Shown here: piece after piece, positions 44,065-52,559 of the stretch
How the letters are laid out: each line of letters opens with the position of its first letter
Position numbering within the stretch: position 1 is the stretch's first letter
Source: a phage
Sequence record: PX104378.1
Reading direction: 5' to 3' (one strand)
Length of the DNA: 64,000 bases
Program-made: the position numbers and the translations under genes
Notes under the pieces: model-generated
Seen by the model: the letters and a program-made list of their open reading frames with translations, nothing else
Database searches by the model: none
Told to the model about the DNA's origin: nothing

Positions 44065-44093
44065 ATATTACTACTCCCGTTTCTTTACGTCAA
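44065..44093 (-). promoter_or_regulatory. sigma70-type early promoter cassette
   Basis: TTGACG-N17-TAATAT on minus strand. Confidence 0.5.
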
Positions 44094-44100
44094 CTGGTTT

Positions 44101-44343
44101 TTAGAAATTTTTCGCTTCTTCTTCGGTCATCATAACCGCGCATTCGTGCATAACTTTGAAAACCGGATCAATCATGTCAAATGCTTCACGGGACAGTTTA
44201 CGAGAAGCGATTTTGATTGCTTCTACGTCTTCTACTACAGGAACAAAAACAGTTTTCAGTTCGTCGAGGACGGCAGCTTCTTTTTCATTCAGGAAGATCC
44301 CAGCGTCGTACAGTGCAACTTCGATAACATTAACTTTAACCAT
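44101..44343 (-). CDS. hypothetical protein (80 aa)
   Basis: start at MVKVNVIEV with GGAGGAA SD. Confidence 0.5.
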   Translation of the reverse strand: MVKVNVIEVALYDAGIFLNEKEAAVLDELKTVFVPVVEDVEAIKIASRKLSREAFDMIDPVFKVMHECAVMMTEEEAKNF

Positions 44344-44377
44344 TTTTATTTCCTCCAGTTCGTTTCGGTATGGGAGT

Positions 44378-44406
44378 ATAATACTACCGATGACCTTTGG
44401 CGTCAA
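44378..44406 (-). promoter_or_regulatory. sigma70-type early promoter cassette
   Basis: TTGACG-N17-TATTAT on minus strand. Confidence 0.45.
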
Positions 44407-44608
44407 CTGCTTTTTTATTATTTTCGTGAAAATTTTTCGTCGCCTCATGTGCTTTTCGCTGGGCTTCTTGTTGTGCTTGCTGGCGTGCTGCCTCTTGCGA
44501 TGCCATAACGGAAGCATTTGCGGCAGTTACAGCCGCTACCATCGCTGCGGTATTGGCATTTACAGTACATGCGCTCGCCAACAAAGCAATTGCAATCATT
44601 TTCTTCAT
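44384..44608 (-). CDS. small secreted protein (74 aa)
   Basis: N-terminal signal-like MKKMIAIALLASACTVNA; AGGGGA SD; 3' end overlaps next promoter cassette. Confidence 0.45.
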   Translation of the reverse strand: MKKMIAIALLASACTVNANTAAMVAAVTAANASVMASQEAARQQAQQEAQRKAHEATKNFHENNKKAVDAKGHR

Positions 44609-44775
44609 AATTTCCCCTTTAGGTTATCTTCGACCTTCATCCATTCCGCATATTCTTGCGCGGCTACTTTCGGAATTAGGCCGTCTTCGTACATTGCCTC
44701 AAGTAATTCTTCGTCGGTGGGCTTATACCCCAGATAAGCCGCAACCTGATTTTTCCAAATCTTATACCAGTTCAT
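44605..44775 (-). CDS. hypothetical protein (56 aa)
   Basis: start taken at MNWYKIW; weak SD. Confidence 0.35.
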   Translation of the reverse strand: MNWYKIWKNQVAAYLGYKPTDEELLEAMYEDGLIPKVAAQEYAEWMKVEDNLKGKL

Positions 44776-44779
44776 ATTA

Positions 44780-45052
44780 TCACCAATCAAGAGCGCGTGT
44801 CTCTGCGTCTTCCCATGCTTGATCCATAACAGCCTTGAAAACATATTCTAAGGTATCATCTTTCGAGAATCCGAAGATCTTAGACGGAATATCTTCAATT
44901 GCTACTCCAGCAACTTCCGCATTACGTGCCTGGCAATAATGCAACTCTAAGTTATCGAGATAACGACCGCCTAATTTCTCCATATCGTCCCAGCATTTCC
45001 AGTAACCTACTTTATCGGCAATTGCTAACACTTTGCTGTTTTTGTTGCTCAT
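44780..45052 (-). CDS. hypothetical protein (90 aa)
   Basis: start at MSNKNSK behind cassette leader AAAGGAGAATCAAAGATG. Confidence 0.5.
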   Translation of the reverse strand: MSNKNSKVLAIADKVGYWKCWDDMEKLGGRYLDNLELHYCQARNAEVAGVAIEDIPSKIFGFSKDDTLEYVFKAVMDQAWEDAETRALDW

Positions 45053-45083
45053 CTTTGATTCTCCTTTTGTTTGGTATGTGTGT

Positions 45084-45112
45084 ATTATGCAATGTTTGAT
45101 TATGGAAGTCAA
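45084..45112 (-). promoter_or_regulatory. sigma70-type early promoter cassette
   Basis: TTGACT-N17-CATAAT on minus strand. Confidence 0.5.
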
Positions 45113-45125
45113 CAACTTTTCAAAT

Positions 45126-45151
45126 AAAAAAGCCGACCACAAGGATCGGCT
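45126..45151 (-). terminator. rho-independent terminator
   Basis: AGCCGA...TCGGCT hairpin followed on minus strand by UUUUUUAUUUG. Confidence 0.5.
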
Positions 45152-45161
45152 TAATAATCAG

Positions 45162-45554
45162 TTACTTACTAAATTTCTTTTTGGCTTCGTCTACTGCATG
45201 AGATGCCAGTACCGCCGCCGCATGTGCGCTTTTATCTGTGTTACAGAGAACACCCAAATAAACATCACGCCAAAGTTTAATCATCTCATAGATCATATCA
45301 ATATCATTTTCTTGTTTGTTGGCGATGCTACTTGTCGTTATCTGGTAAGGCAACGGTTTAATCTGTACTGGATCTGCCATTGGGCTAATCGGTTTCGGTT
45401 CGGTCATAATAGGTGCTGTTGGTGATGTTTTCCATACGCTATCATGCCACGGTTTAATCGTTGTATCGTACAGTTTGTAAGGATTTTTATCTGGATTAAC
45501 CATCCATGCATGATGATTACCCAAACCATTTGAAGTGATGCGTCGTTCAGTCAT
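45162..45554 (-). CDS. hypothetical protein (130 aa)
   Basis: ORF. Confidence 0.5.
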   Translation of the reverse strand: MTERRITSNGLGNHHAWMVNPDKNPYKLYDTTIKPWHDSVWKTSPTAPIMTEPKPISPMADPVQIKPLPYQITTSSIANKQENDIDMIYEMIKLWRDVYLGVLCNTDKSAHAAAVLASHAVDEAKKKFSK

Positions 45555-45557
45555 AAT

Positions 45558-45761
45558 TTATTTCCTCTCTGAAAACTCTTTCATCAAGTTGTCGATCTTT
45601 GCTCTGTGATCTGGCGTGTTTGTCATCTCTGCTAATTTGCTCAGAGATTCACTGGTGATCCGGTTGGATTCTTCCAGTGTTTCAACGACCATTGGCACAA
45701 TCTTTTTATTTTTGTACACAAATGCAATATAACCGCCTTCTGGATATTCTTTCATAATCAA
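45558..45761 (-). CDS. hypothetical protein (67 aa)
   Basis: ORF with 4-nt overlap to gene 52. Confidence 0.5.
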   Translation of the reverse strand: MIMKEYPEGGYIAFVYKNKKIVPMVVETLEESNRITSESLSKLAEMTNTPDHRAKIDNLMKEFSERK

Positions 45762-47119
45762 CCCTTCTTAAGTTCTTTAAGATCTTTCTTATATTCTTTC
45801 ATTGCGGTCGTCTTTGTCCAATACTCATATTCACTATGATGTTTATCGGCATCTTTGACCAGTCGATCATACTCTTCTTGAGTAACGCTATACAATGGCA
45901 TAGAAACGAGCTTATCGGCGTATGGACGCAGTTTTTCATGTCCATTGATGGATTGCATTACCTCGGCCTTTTTCTTGCCCTGTATCGCGATTTCGCCCTT
46001 AATTACGCGGTCGATAAATTCGGCTTTAGCCATTGCATAATTGTATGCTTCCAGTGTTTCCGCTTGCATCAATTCAATGCGTTTATCAACATACCCTAAG
46101 CGGATTTCGACGAATCGGCGAATCAGGTCGCTAGCTTTCTCGAATACTTCTACTAAACCACGTTCGTTAACTACTACGATATTCTGGGCTACTAACTGCG
46201 TTAGTTTAAAATCCTTCATGATTTGCTCATGTCGAGCGGATTCATCTTCGCTTTTGAAATAATCACGTTTCAGTGTTACCTCAAATCTGAATCCGTCCTT
46301 AGAGCAACGGTCATTATACGATACAATCAGATCTTTTTCTTCCAGTGCATCCAGTACCGCTACATATTCTTCACGGTCGAACTTATAAGGAACTTCTGAT
46401 ATTGTCAGTTTAGTCTTGCCGTTTAGTTCATATGTACCCTCAAGAATCACACCATCGCGATCATCTCGCGGGATAACTTTACCCGTGAATTTCGGGAATT
46501 GAACACTAGGTTCTTTATCCAGTTTTCCGGCAAGTGCTAGCTCTGTGCATTCAATAAGGCTTTCCAGTGAATGCGGTAAAATGTCAGTTTTATACCCTGT
46601 AGCAATACCACTAATACCATTAGCCAATACCATTGGCACAACTGGCAAGTAGAACGCTGGCGGGATGTGTTCCAGATCTTCGTGCTTAGGTGCGCAATTC
46701 ATATCTTTATAGATTTTAAAGAAGTTTTCATGCACACGAGCAAAGATATAACGTGCCGCACCTGCTTTCTGGACTAAACGCGATCCGAAGTTACCTTGAC
46801 CGTCAAGCAGTGGAGTATTATTGCTCCATGTATTTGCCATGAGTGATCCGGCTTCTACGGCATTAGTTTCCCCGTGGTGATACCCCAACTCAGCGACACC
46901 AGATCCAATATCTGCCATCTTACGGAATTTCTTACGGTCGCCTTTACTCTTTTGCAAAGCACATTCCATAACAAAGCGTTGCACTGGTTTAAGACCATCC
47001 ACTAATTGAGGAATCCCGCGTTCCTCGGCAGAATAGATCGCATATTCCTTAGCTTCATTATGTACAATGCTTTCAAGGCTACGGTAAGTAACTGATTTAT
47101 TCATCTTCACCTCATACAC
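45758..47119 (-). CDS. 52: DNA topoisomerase II medium subunit (GyrA-like)
   Basis: 453 aa; KPVQRFV, GELGYHHGE, LLDGQGNFGSR, RYIFAR, IPPAFYLP match recalled T4 gp52. Confidence 0.9.
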   Translation of the reverse strand: MYEVKMNKSVTYRSLESIVHNEAKEYAIYSAEERGIPQLVDGLKPVQRFVMECALQKSKGDRKKFRKMADIGSGVAELGYHHGETNAVEAGSLMANTWSNNTPLLDGQGNFGSRLVQKAGAARYIFARVHENFFKIYKDMNCAPKHEDLEHIPPAFYLPVVPMVLANGISGIATGYKTDILPHSLESLIECTELALAGKLDKEPSVQFPKFTGKVIPRDDRDGVILEGTYELNGKTKLTISEVPYKFDREEYVAVLDALEEKDLIVSYNDRCSKDGFRFEVTLKRDYFKSEDESARHEQIMKDFKLTQLVAQNIVVVNERGLVEVFEKASDLIRRFVEIRLGYVDKRIELMQAETLEAYNYAMAKAEFIDRVIKGEIAIQGKKKAEVMQSINGHEKLRPYADKLVSMPLYSVTQEEYDRLVKDADKHHSEYEYWTKTTAMKEYKKDLKELKKG

Positions 47120-47474
47120 GCTTACAAATCACATTCTTTACTTTATCAGATTTATCAGCCCAATCCAATAGCCATTTTAACGGAAGGATTGAAACAATAA
47201 ACGGGGCAGCAATCAAAGCAAACATGATACACCTGATAATCAGGAAAACGCAAGTGACAAAACTAGCGATAGTGATCCCGACAAAACAAAATACCATAGA
47301 AAACAGAGTAATGATATAGAAAGGCCAGAATACCCACTCCCGCATCTTAACGCCTTTGTATTCTCTGAATTGCTTAAAATCTACAAACAACTCTCGGATA
47401 GACGCGTACAGGACTGAAAAATCATCTTTCATTGCTCTGAATGAGCAATCTTCTATTTTAGAATGACCTAGCAT
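47112..47474 (-). CDS. membrane protein (120 aa)
   Basis: two to three hydrophobic segments (FWPFYIITLFSMVFCFVGITIASFVTCVFLII...). Confidence 0.5.
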   Translation of the reverse strand: MLGHSKIEDCSFRAMKDDFSVLYASIRELFVDFKQFREYKGVKMREWVFWPFYIITLFSMVFCFVGITIASFVTCVFLIIRCIMFALIAAPFIVSILPLKWLLDWADKSDKVKNVICKRV

Positions 47475-47476
47475 TA

Positions 47477-47770
47477 TTAACCGCCTTTAACCATTGATAC
47501 CGGAATTGTTTTCTGATTTGTGTATAACTGGCCTACTTCAATTTTTTCTTGAATCACCACGACGTTACAATATCCACTGTCTTTAAGTTTTCTGATAATG
47601 ACTCGCTTTTGTTCGTCGGTGATAGGATTGACTGTTCTCACCAATTCACCACAAATAATAGCACCATCTTTACAATTACCAGTAACTTTCATGCTACGAC
47701 CGTGAACAACAACCACGTCACCGTAAATCACATTTTCGTCGTCGTATTTGGTAATAATCGTGACCGTCAT
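47477..47770 (-). CDS. hypothetical protein (97 aa)
   Basis: ORF. Confidence 0.5.
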   Translation of the reverse strand: MTVTIITKYDDENVIYGDVVVVHGRSMKVTGNCKDGAIICGELVRTVNPITDEQKRVIIRKLKDSGYCNVVVIQEKIEVGQLYTNQKTIPVSMVKGG

Positions 47771-47785
47771 AATGTTATTCCCTCT

Positions 47786-47809
47786 AAGAAAGGCCGCGCA
47801 AAGCGGCCT
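47786..47809 (-). terminator. hairpin terminator
   Basis: AGGCCGC-GCAAA-GCGGCCT hairpin after stop of 47817..48143. Confidence 0.45.
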
Positions 47810-47816
47810 ATGTTTA

Positions 47817-48143
47817 TTATTGTTCTACAGTATAGCCGTTGTTTTCAAGCCATGCAATAACAATCTTTTCGCCAATTTCATCGAGCATTTCATCAGCGCC
47901 ATATTCTTTAATGAAAGTCGATGGATCATTATTGCTTACTACGTGCTGGATCACAACATGTTCAGGAATTGCGTCTAGCAGTTCACTATGATCATACTCA
48001 TTAACGATATCTTCAACACTAACATTATTAACCAAATCAACATCATCCATAGTCACAGTAACGCGACCGGACGGACGCAATGAATATTGGCTACTTTCAA
48101 CTTCAACATGTGCACTTTCGCAAGTAACTTTAATATCAATCAT
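47817..48143 (-). CDS. hypothetical acidic protein (108 aa)
   Basis: ORF. Confidence 0.5.
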   Translation of the reverse strand: MIDIKVTCESAHVEVESSQYSLRPSGRVTVTMDDVDLVNNVSVEDIVNEYDHSELLDAIPEHVVIQHVVSNNDPSTFIKEYGADEMLDEIGEKIVIAWLENNGYTVEQ

Positions 48144-48157
48144 AATTAATTCCTCTA

Positions 48158-49159
48158 TTAGTAATGGCTAAAACCTTCGGTTACATCTTCAACCACATAG
48201 TAACGATGACAGCGCATTTTGGCATTCGCATAATCTTTCGGGATACTTACAACGTGACGCGGATCAACTTTGCATTTAATGATTCGGCCTCGCCCACCGC
48301 CATAGTGCGGAATATAGTGTTTCGCTGCAACGTGGAGGCCATTAGAGCAAGTGCGATCATCATCTGGGTCCACGTCTTTACGTTTCATTTTAACCGTGCG
48401 CCCTGGGCTATTATCAAACGTATGCGTAAAGAAATCTTTATAATCAACATCAACACGTTTCCATGCATAGAAACAACCATCTTCCCCGATCTCAATGTCG
48501 TTGTGCTCTAAGAAGTCAAACAGACGATCTACCGCCTTACGGCTAGGATTCTTCTTGCACTTCTCAAAGAAGTTCAGATAGTGCGTATATGGCTTATTCT
48601 CTTTAATCGACTCCACAACTCGACGAGTCAGATTATTATCAAGAACAATATTATGATAATACACAATGCCATTTTCGATACGGAAAGCGCCGTGATAATA
48701 TACTTCAACCGCTTTCTTAATGTCAATCAGCGTAATAGCTTTGATGAAATCATTCTGTTTAATCGCTTCCAGTGCTTCATTAAAGTTAACATGTGATGGA
48801 TCAGCAGTATAAACAATGTCACCACATGTAATAGTAATGAATTTAGATGAGGCTATTGCTACGATTTTTGAGGAAGTAGTTACGGGCTTTTTTGCGCGTT
48901 CACCGCCTTTTCCTTTACTGGTTTTACGGCGTGCTTTACGTTTTTCTAGTGCCTTGCGACCTTCCGCTACTGCGTCTTTCTGAATCAGTAATACACGGGA
49001 GGCAGTGCGACGAGATACACCAAATGCTGCCGCAAGTGCTTCGCGGGTAGTAAACTTACCTTCACCCCACTGTTTAGCCAGTTTGATTTGTTTTGCAGAG
49101 TCCAGACATTGAACGTTACGGTCAGAGACGGTGATTTTTGCTTTAGTCATATTATTCAT
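48158..49159 (-). CDS. rIIB: rIIB-like membrane-associated protein
   Basis: 333 aa; AVDRLFDFLEHNDIEIGEDGCFYAWK, TFDNSPGRTVKM, SIPKDYANAKMRCHRYYVVEDVTE match recalled T4 rIIB. Confidence 0.7.
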   Translation of the reverse strand: MNNMTKAKITVSDRNVQCLDSAKQIKLAKQWGEGKFTTREALAAAFGVSRRTASRVLLIQKDAVAEGRKALEKRKARRKTSKGKGGERAKKPVTTSSKIVAIASSKFITITCGDIVYTADPSHVNFNEALEAIKQNDFIKAITLIDIKKAVEVYYHGAFRIENGIVYYHNIVLDNNLTRRVVESIKENKPYTHYLNFFEKCKKNPSRKAVDRLFDFLEHNDIEIGEDGCFYAWKRVDVDYKDFFTHTFDNSPGRTVKMKRKDVDPDDDRTCSNGLHVAAKHYIPHYGGGRGRIIKCKVDPRHVVSIPKDYANAKMRCHRYYVVEDVTEGFSHY

Positions 49160-49212
49160 TCCTCTATTAGTTGGGCGACTCTCGCCGCCCGATTCACATC
49201 ATTATACCAGAA

Positions 49213-49344
49213 TTATTTTGCTTCTACAACCTTGCGGATTGTGCGGTCTGATACATTATAGATTCGTGCCAGTTCGCCTTTAGTCAAGCCGCGAGCGTAT
49301 TGTTTACGGATGGTTTCTTTCTGGATAGCGGTCAGTTTAGTCAT
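49213..49344 (-). CDS. small helix-turn-helix protein (43 aa)
   Basis: MTKLTAIQKETIRKQYARGLTKGELARIYNVSDRTIRKVVEAK; HTH-like; between rIIA and rIIB. Confidence 0.4.
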   Translation of the reverse strand: MTKLTAIQKETIRKQYARGLTKGELARIYNVSDRTIRKVVEAK

Positions 49345-49355
49345 AATATCACCTC

Positions 49356-51464
49356 TTAAAATTTAACATTCTTAACCAGTTTCATAAAGTCTTGTGCGCG
49401 TTTGTCGTTATGCAGAATACGATACCAGTTATCTACAATATCATACAGTAACGGGCTATTCTCTTTAAACTTCGCACAAACTGCTTTAATTCGTTCGTTT
49501 GCTGCCGTGAATTTTTCATCACAAATCTTTTTAGTTTCTTCGTCCATAATCCAACGAGTACGAAGGAGTAACTTGGAAACCTCTTTATTATAATGACGAC
49601 CGTACAGTCTGTCAATAAATTCTGGAATACAGCGTTCTAATTCATCGTCATGAAACAACATAGTGATCACACCCAGATATTCGCCATACCCCAGATGATT
49701 GGTCTTAACCTTCTTAGCCAGACCAGCCAGCTTACCGCGAACAAATTCTAGCGCACATTCCAATTGTTCGTCAACGAGATATTTTTGTGTCTCATTACGG
49801 GTAATAATATACTTTGTTACCCCGAAGTAGTCAAGCGCTGTGTGTAATGTATTTTCACTATAGATCGATTGACGGCTACGGCTTTCGAATGCATCACCCA
49901 CGCGGAACATGTGCAAGCCTGATAACTCGCGAATCTCTGCCGCTTTCATGTGATGGCTGGTTTTATGCCAACTGTCACCAATCTTTTCCATGATATACAC
50001 GTTAGGCAGCTTAGGAGTAGCTTCACGCTGTACACGTTCGGCCTTCTCCGGCTTAACTGCTTTAGCACGCAGATCATCGGCCTCGGACACTTTAATCACG
50101 GTCATTTCCGATTCATCATAATACTGTTTGATGTACTCGAAAGTCTCCATATGTTTTTCGTTTCTCTGACGGAACACCAGTACCTTTTTATTGATGCCGT
50201 ATTCTTGGACCATGCCGTTAAGAGTCAGTGCACGTAGTTTCGGTTTATCGGTATCATCAATTACACACAGAATATCTTCTTTATGCATCCATACAAAATG
50301 CGTAATGTTGTATTGACTGCTAACGAAAGCAGGGCGCAATTTACTGATTGTGTGACGAGTACGATACAGAGTATACACCTGTCCTTCTACGTCATTTGGC
50401 GAATCTTTACCCGCATTCACAAACTTATTATAGATTGCTACCGGATCATCCCACTGTCCGATCTTACCCATTTTGCTAATAATATTGCGTTGAGTCGATG
50501 AATACTCGCTCATAAATTGCGCAAGTTTACGCTCTGTTTCAATGCTGGCGATCTTTTCTTTAACCTTTTCCAACATCATTTCATTGATTTCTGCAATGCG
50601 TTTTTCGATGTTCGCTTTAGTCTCAATTGACAAGTGAACTTCTTCACGCGATGGCATCAGGTCCAGATCACCTAACTCGAAATTGATGTAAATGGTCTGG
50701 TGCTGGCGGTTTACAGCTTCTAACCATGTTCCGCGAACATATTCATACGGGATCGGATACTGGATCTTACCCATGATTGCATATACCACATAGGAATCGT
50801 TATCACGTCCATTACACACATAATAATTATCAAAGCTAGGGAAATAATTAATTTCGATGGCATTGATATTAGGTTTGTGTTCCCCAAAATGACGCAGTAC
50901 AAATTGTGCTTCTCGATGCCATGTCTGAATATCTTTTTCCTTCACCGGAATAGTGATTTTCAGACCGTTGTCTTCATAGGTCGGTTCGTCGAAAATCTGC
51001 ACCATTTTCGGCATAGAGTTTTGCACGAATGCAGTAAAGCCATAAGCGCGACCATTGTAGTAGTTTACGATTGTAAAGGTGTCGGTGTAGCTATAAGCAG
51101 ATTTCGCACCTAAACCAAAAGATCCGATATAATCATTAGTCTGGTCTTTGGTTGATTCAAAGTAAACAGTAAACAGTTGTTCTAATTCTTTCTTAGACGG
51201 AATACCCGTACCATAATCACGCACAGAGAAATACGGTTCGATTGCAGTCGGTAAATGAATATCAAACGGACGATCTAAGGTTCCGGCTTCTTTGTGAGTG
51301 TCGGTAGCATTACATGAATACTCACGGACGCAAGCACGCTCACAATATTGATAAGTGTTCTTAGAAAGCACCATAAAAGCCTTGCTACTTGCTTTCAGAG
51401 AAAAATCAACCGCACCGCTCAGGTCACTACCAAATACTTCTTCATTATCAATATGCATTTTCAT
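49356..51464 (-). CDS. rIIA: rIIA-like protein (GHKL ATPase-like N-terminus)
   Basis: 702 aa (T4 rIIA 725); DYGTGI and GSFGLGAKS GHKL-type motifs; adjacent to rIIB. Confidence 0.75.
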   Translation of the reverse strand: MKMHIDNEEVFGSDLSGAVDFSLKASSKAFMVLSKNTYQYCERACVREYSCNATDTHKEAGTLDRPFDIHLPTAIEPYFSVRDYGTGIPSKKELEQLFTVYFESTKDQTNDYIGSFGLGAKSAYSYTDTFTIVNYYNGRAYGFTAFVQNSMPKMVQIFDEPTYEDNGLKITIPVKEKDIQTWHREAQFVLRHFGEHKPNINAIEINYFPSFDNYYVCNGRDNDSYVVYAIMGKIQYPIPYEYVRGTWLEAVNRQHQTIYINFELGDLDLMPSREEVHLSIETKANIEKRIAEINEMMLEKVKEKIASIETERKLAQFMSEYSSTQRNIISKMGKIGQWDDPVAIYNKFVNAGKDSPNDVEGQVYTLYRTRHTISKLRPAFVSSQYNITHFVWMHKEDILCVIDDTDKPKLRALTLNGMVQEYGINKKVLVFRQRNEKHMETFEYIKQYYDESEMTVIKVSEADDLRAKAVKPEKAERVQREATPKLPNVYIMEKIGDSWHKTSHHMKAAEIRELSGLHMFRVGDAFESRSRQSIYSENTLHTALDYFGVTKYIITRNETQKYLVDEQLECALEFVRGKLAGLAKKVKTNHLGYGEYLGVITMLFHDDELERCIPEFIDRLYGRHYNKEVSKLLLRTRWIMDEETKKICDEKFTAANERIKAVCAKFKENSPLLYDIVDNWYRILHNDKRAQDFMKLVKNVKF

Positions 51465-51478
51465 AATATAATCCTCAC

Positions 51479-51736
51479 TTAATTAAAATCTTCTTTGTCC
51501 ATCTCTGCGTAGATTACATCCCACGCCCATAAATCAATAAACGCATTATATGTCACGGTGCAATCGTTGTCAATCACTTCTTTCGCATATTTCTTGATGT
51601 TTTCGTAGGAAACTTGCGGATCAATTTTGTTCTTCCGAAGGTGCGCATATTCATACCTCAAACATTTCATAAACAGGTCCATCGATTTCTTTTCTCGATG
51701 ACACTTGGCGAACATAAAATCAAAACTTCGACTCAT
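51479..51736 (-). CDS. hypothetical protein (85 aa)
   Basis: ORF. Confidence 0.45.
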   Translation of the reverse strand: MSRSFDFMFAKCHREKKSMDLFMKCLRYEYAHLRKNKIDPQVSYENIKKYAKEVIDNDCTVTYNAFIDLWAWDVIYAEMDKEDFN

Positions 51737-51746
51737 TTTCTACTCC

Positions 51747-51941
51747 TTACACATTTTCAATCACCCATTGCAGATGGGCTTCTGCGTCAACCAGTTCAGC
51801 GCGGCTTTTCTCTAAGCACTTGCTGTATTCTTTACGTTCCCAATCAGCAATTTCGTTTTTCAGGACTTCTTCATAGTAAGCAATTACGCCTTTCAGATCG
51901 GAAACTCTACGGCTTGCCAGTTCGATGTAATGGTTACGCAT
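51747..51941 (-). CDS. hypothetical protein (64 aa)
   Basis: ORF. Confidence 0.4.
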   Translation of the reverse strand: MRNHYIELASRRVSDLKGVIAYYEEVLKNEIADWERKEYSKCLEKSRAELVDAEAHLQWVIENV

Positions 51942-52182
51942 TTTGATTCTCCTTTGTTACTAGATAACGAATTTGGTCTTGCATTGCGATCAGTTCCCAG
52001 CGTGCTACTTTCATCATGGAAACTGACTCTTTGAACATAATATTAGCTTTTTCCTTTTCCCCTGTCAAGTAGATTTCTGAAATTTTTTCACAAAATTTTT
52101 GAGTTTCTTCATTCTTAAACGGTTTCATATAAGTCAACCTTTTGTTTTCGATGGGGATATTATGATATATCCCCGATCTCAT
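51934..52182 (-). CDS. hypothetical protein (82 aa)
   Basis: ORF. Confidence 0.45.
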   Translation of the reverse strand: MRSGIYHNIPIENKRLTYMKPFKNEETQKFCEKISEIYLTGEKEKANIMFKESVSMMKVARWELIAMQDQIRYLVTKENQNA

Positions 52183-52194
52183 GTCAACAACTTT

Positions 52195-52494
52195 TTAATC
52201 TTTTTTCAGTGCATCCATTACTCGCGCTGCGATCAGTTCTCGTAAGCACTGATAACCATGATATTTGATGGCAATGTCACGCAGATCATTAACCAGTTCC
52301 CGTACTTCATGGTCTTTCAAATCGTCTCTGTATTTCGATTTAACCGTGTCTTTAGGTGGATTGCGGATAACCTGAAAACCTTGTTCTGCAATCACTGCGG
52401 CTTCGCGCTGGCGTTCATGTTGTACTGTATTTTTGATCAGGTCTGCTTCCATGAACTTTGCCATACTCATCATCATGTTATTCTTTTTGCTCAT
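52195..52494 (-). CDS. hypothetical protein (99 aa)
   Basis: start at MSKKNNMMM with GAGGA SD downstream of promoter cassette. Confidence 0.45.
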   Translation of the reverse strand: MSKKNNMMMSMAKFMEADLIKNTVQHERQREAAVIAEQGFQVIRNPPKDTVKSKYRDDLKDHEVRELVNDLRDIAIKYHGYQCLRELIAARVMDALKKD

Positions 52495-52528
52495 CGTTAA
52501 ATCCTCATAAAAGAAAAGGGAGACTCCC

Positions 52529-52556
52529 ATTATAGAGAATCTCCCTTGTATGTCAA
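52529..52556 (-). promoter_or_regulatory. sigma70-type early promoter cassette
   Basis: TTGACA-N16-TATAAT directly after gp39 stop. Confidence 0.5.
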
Positions 52557-52559
52557 GTG

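Noticed and set aside
43750-44508. 252-aa plus-strand ORF (and 44156..44737, 193 aa) across the early accessory block
   Set aside because: Antisense to several minus-strand genes and promoter cassettes with strong SDs; Phe/Leu-rich low-complexity translation typical of the reverse frame of AT-rich coding sequence; no SD of its own.
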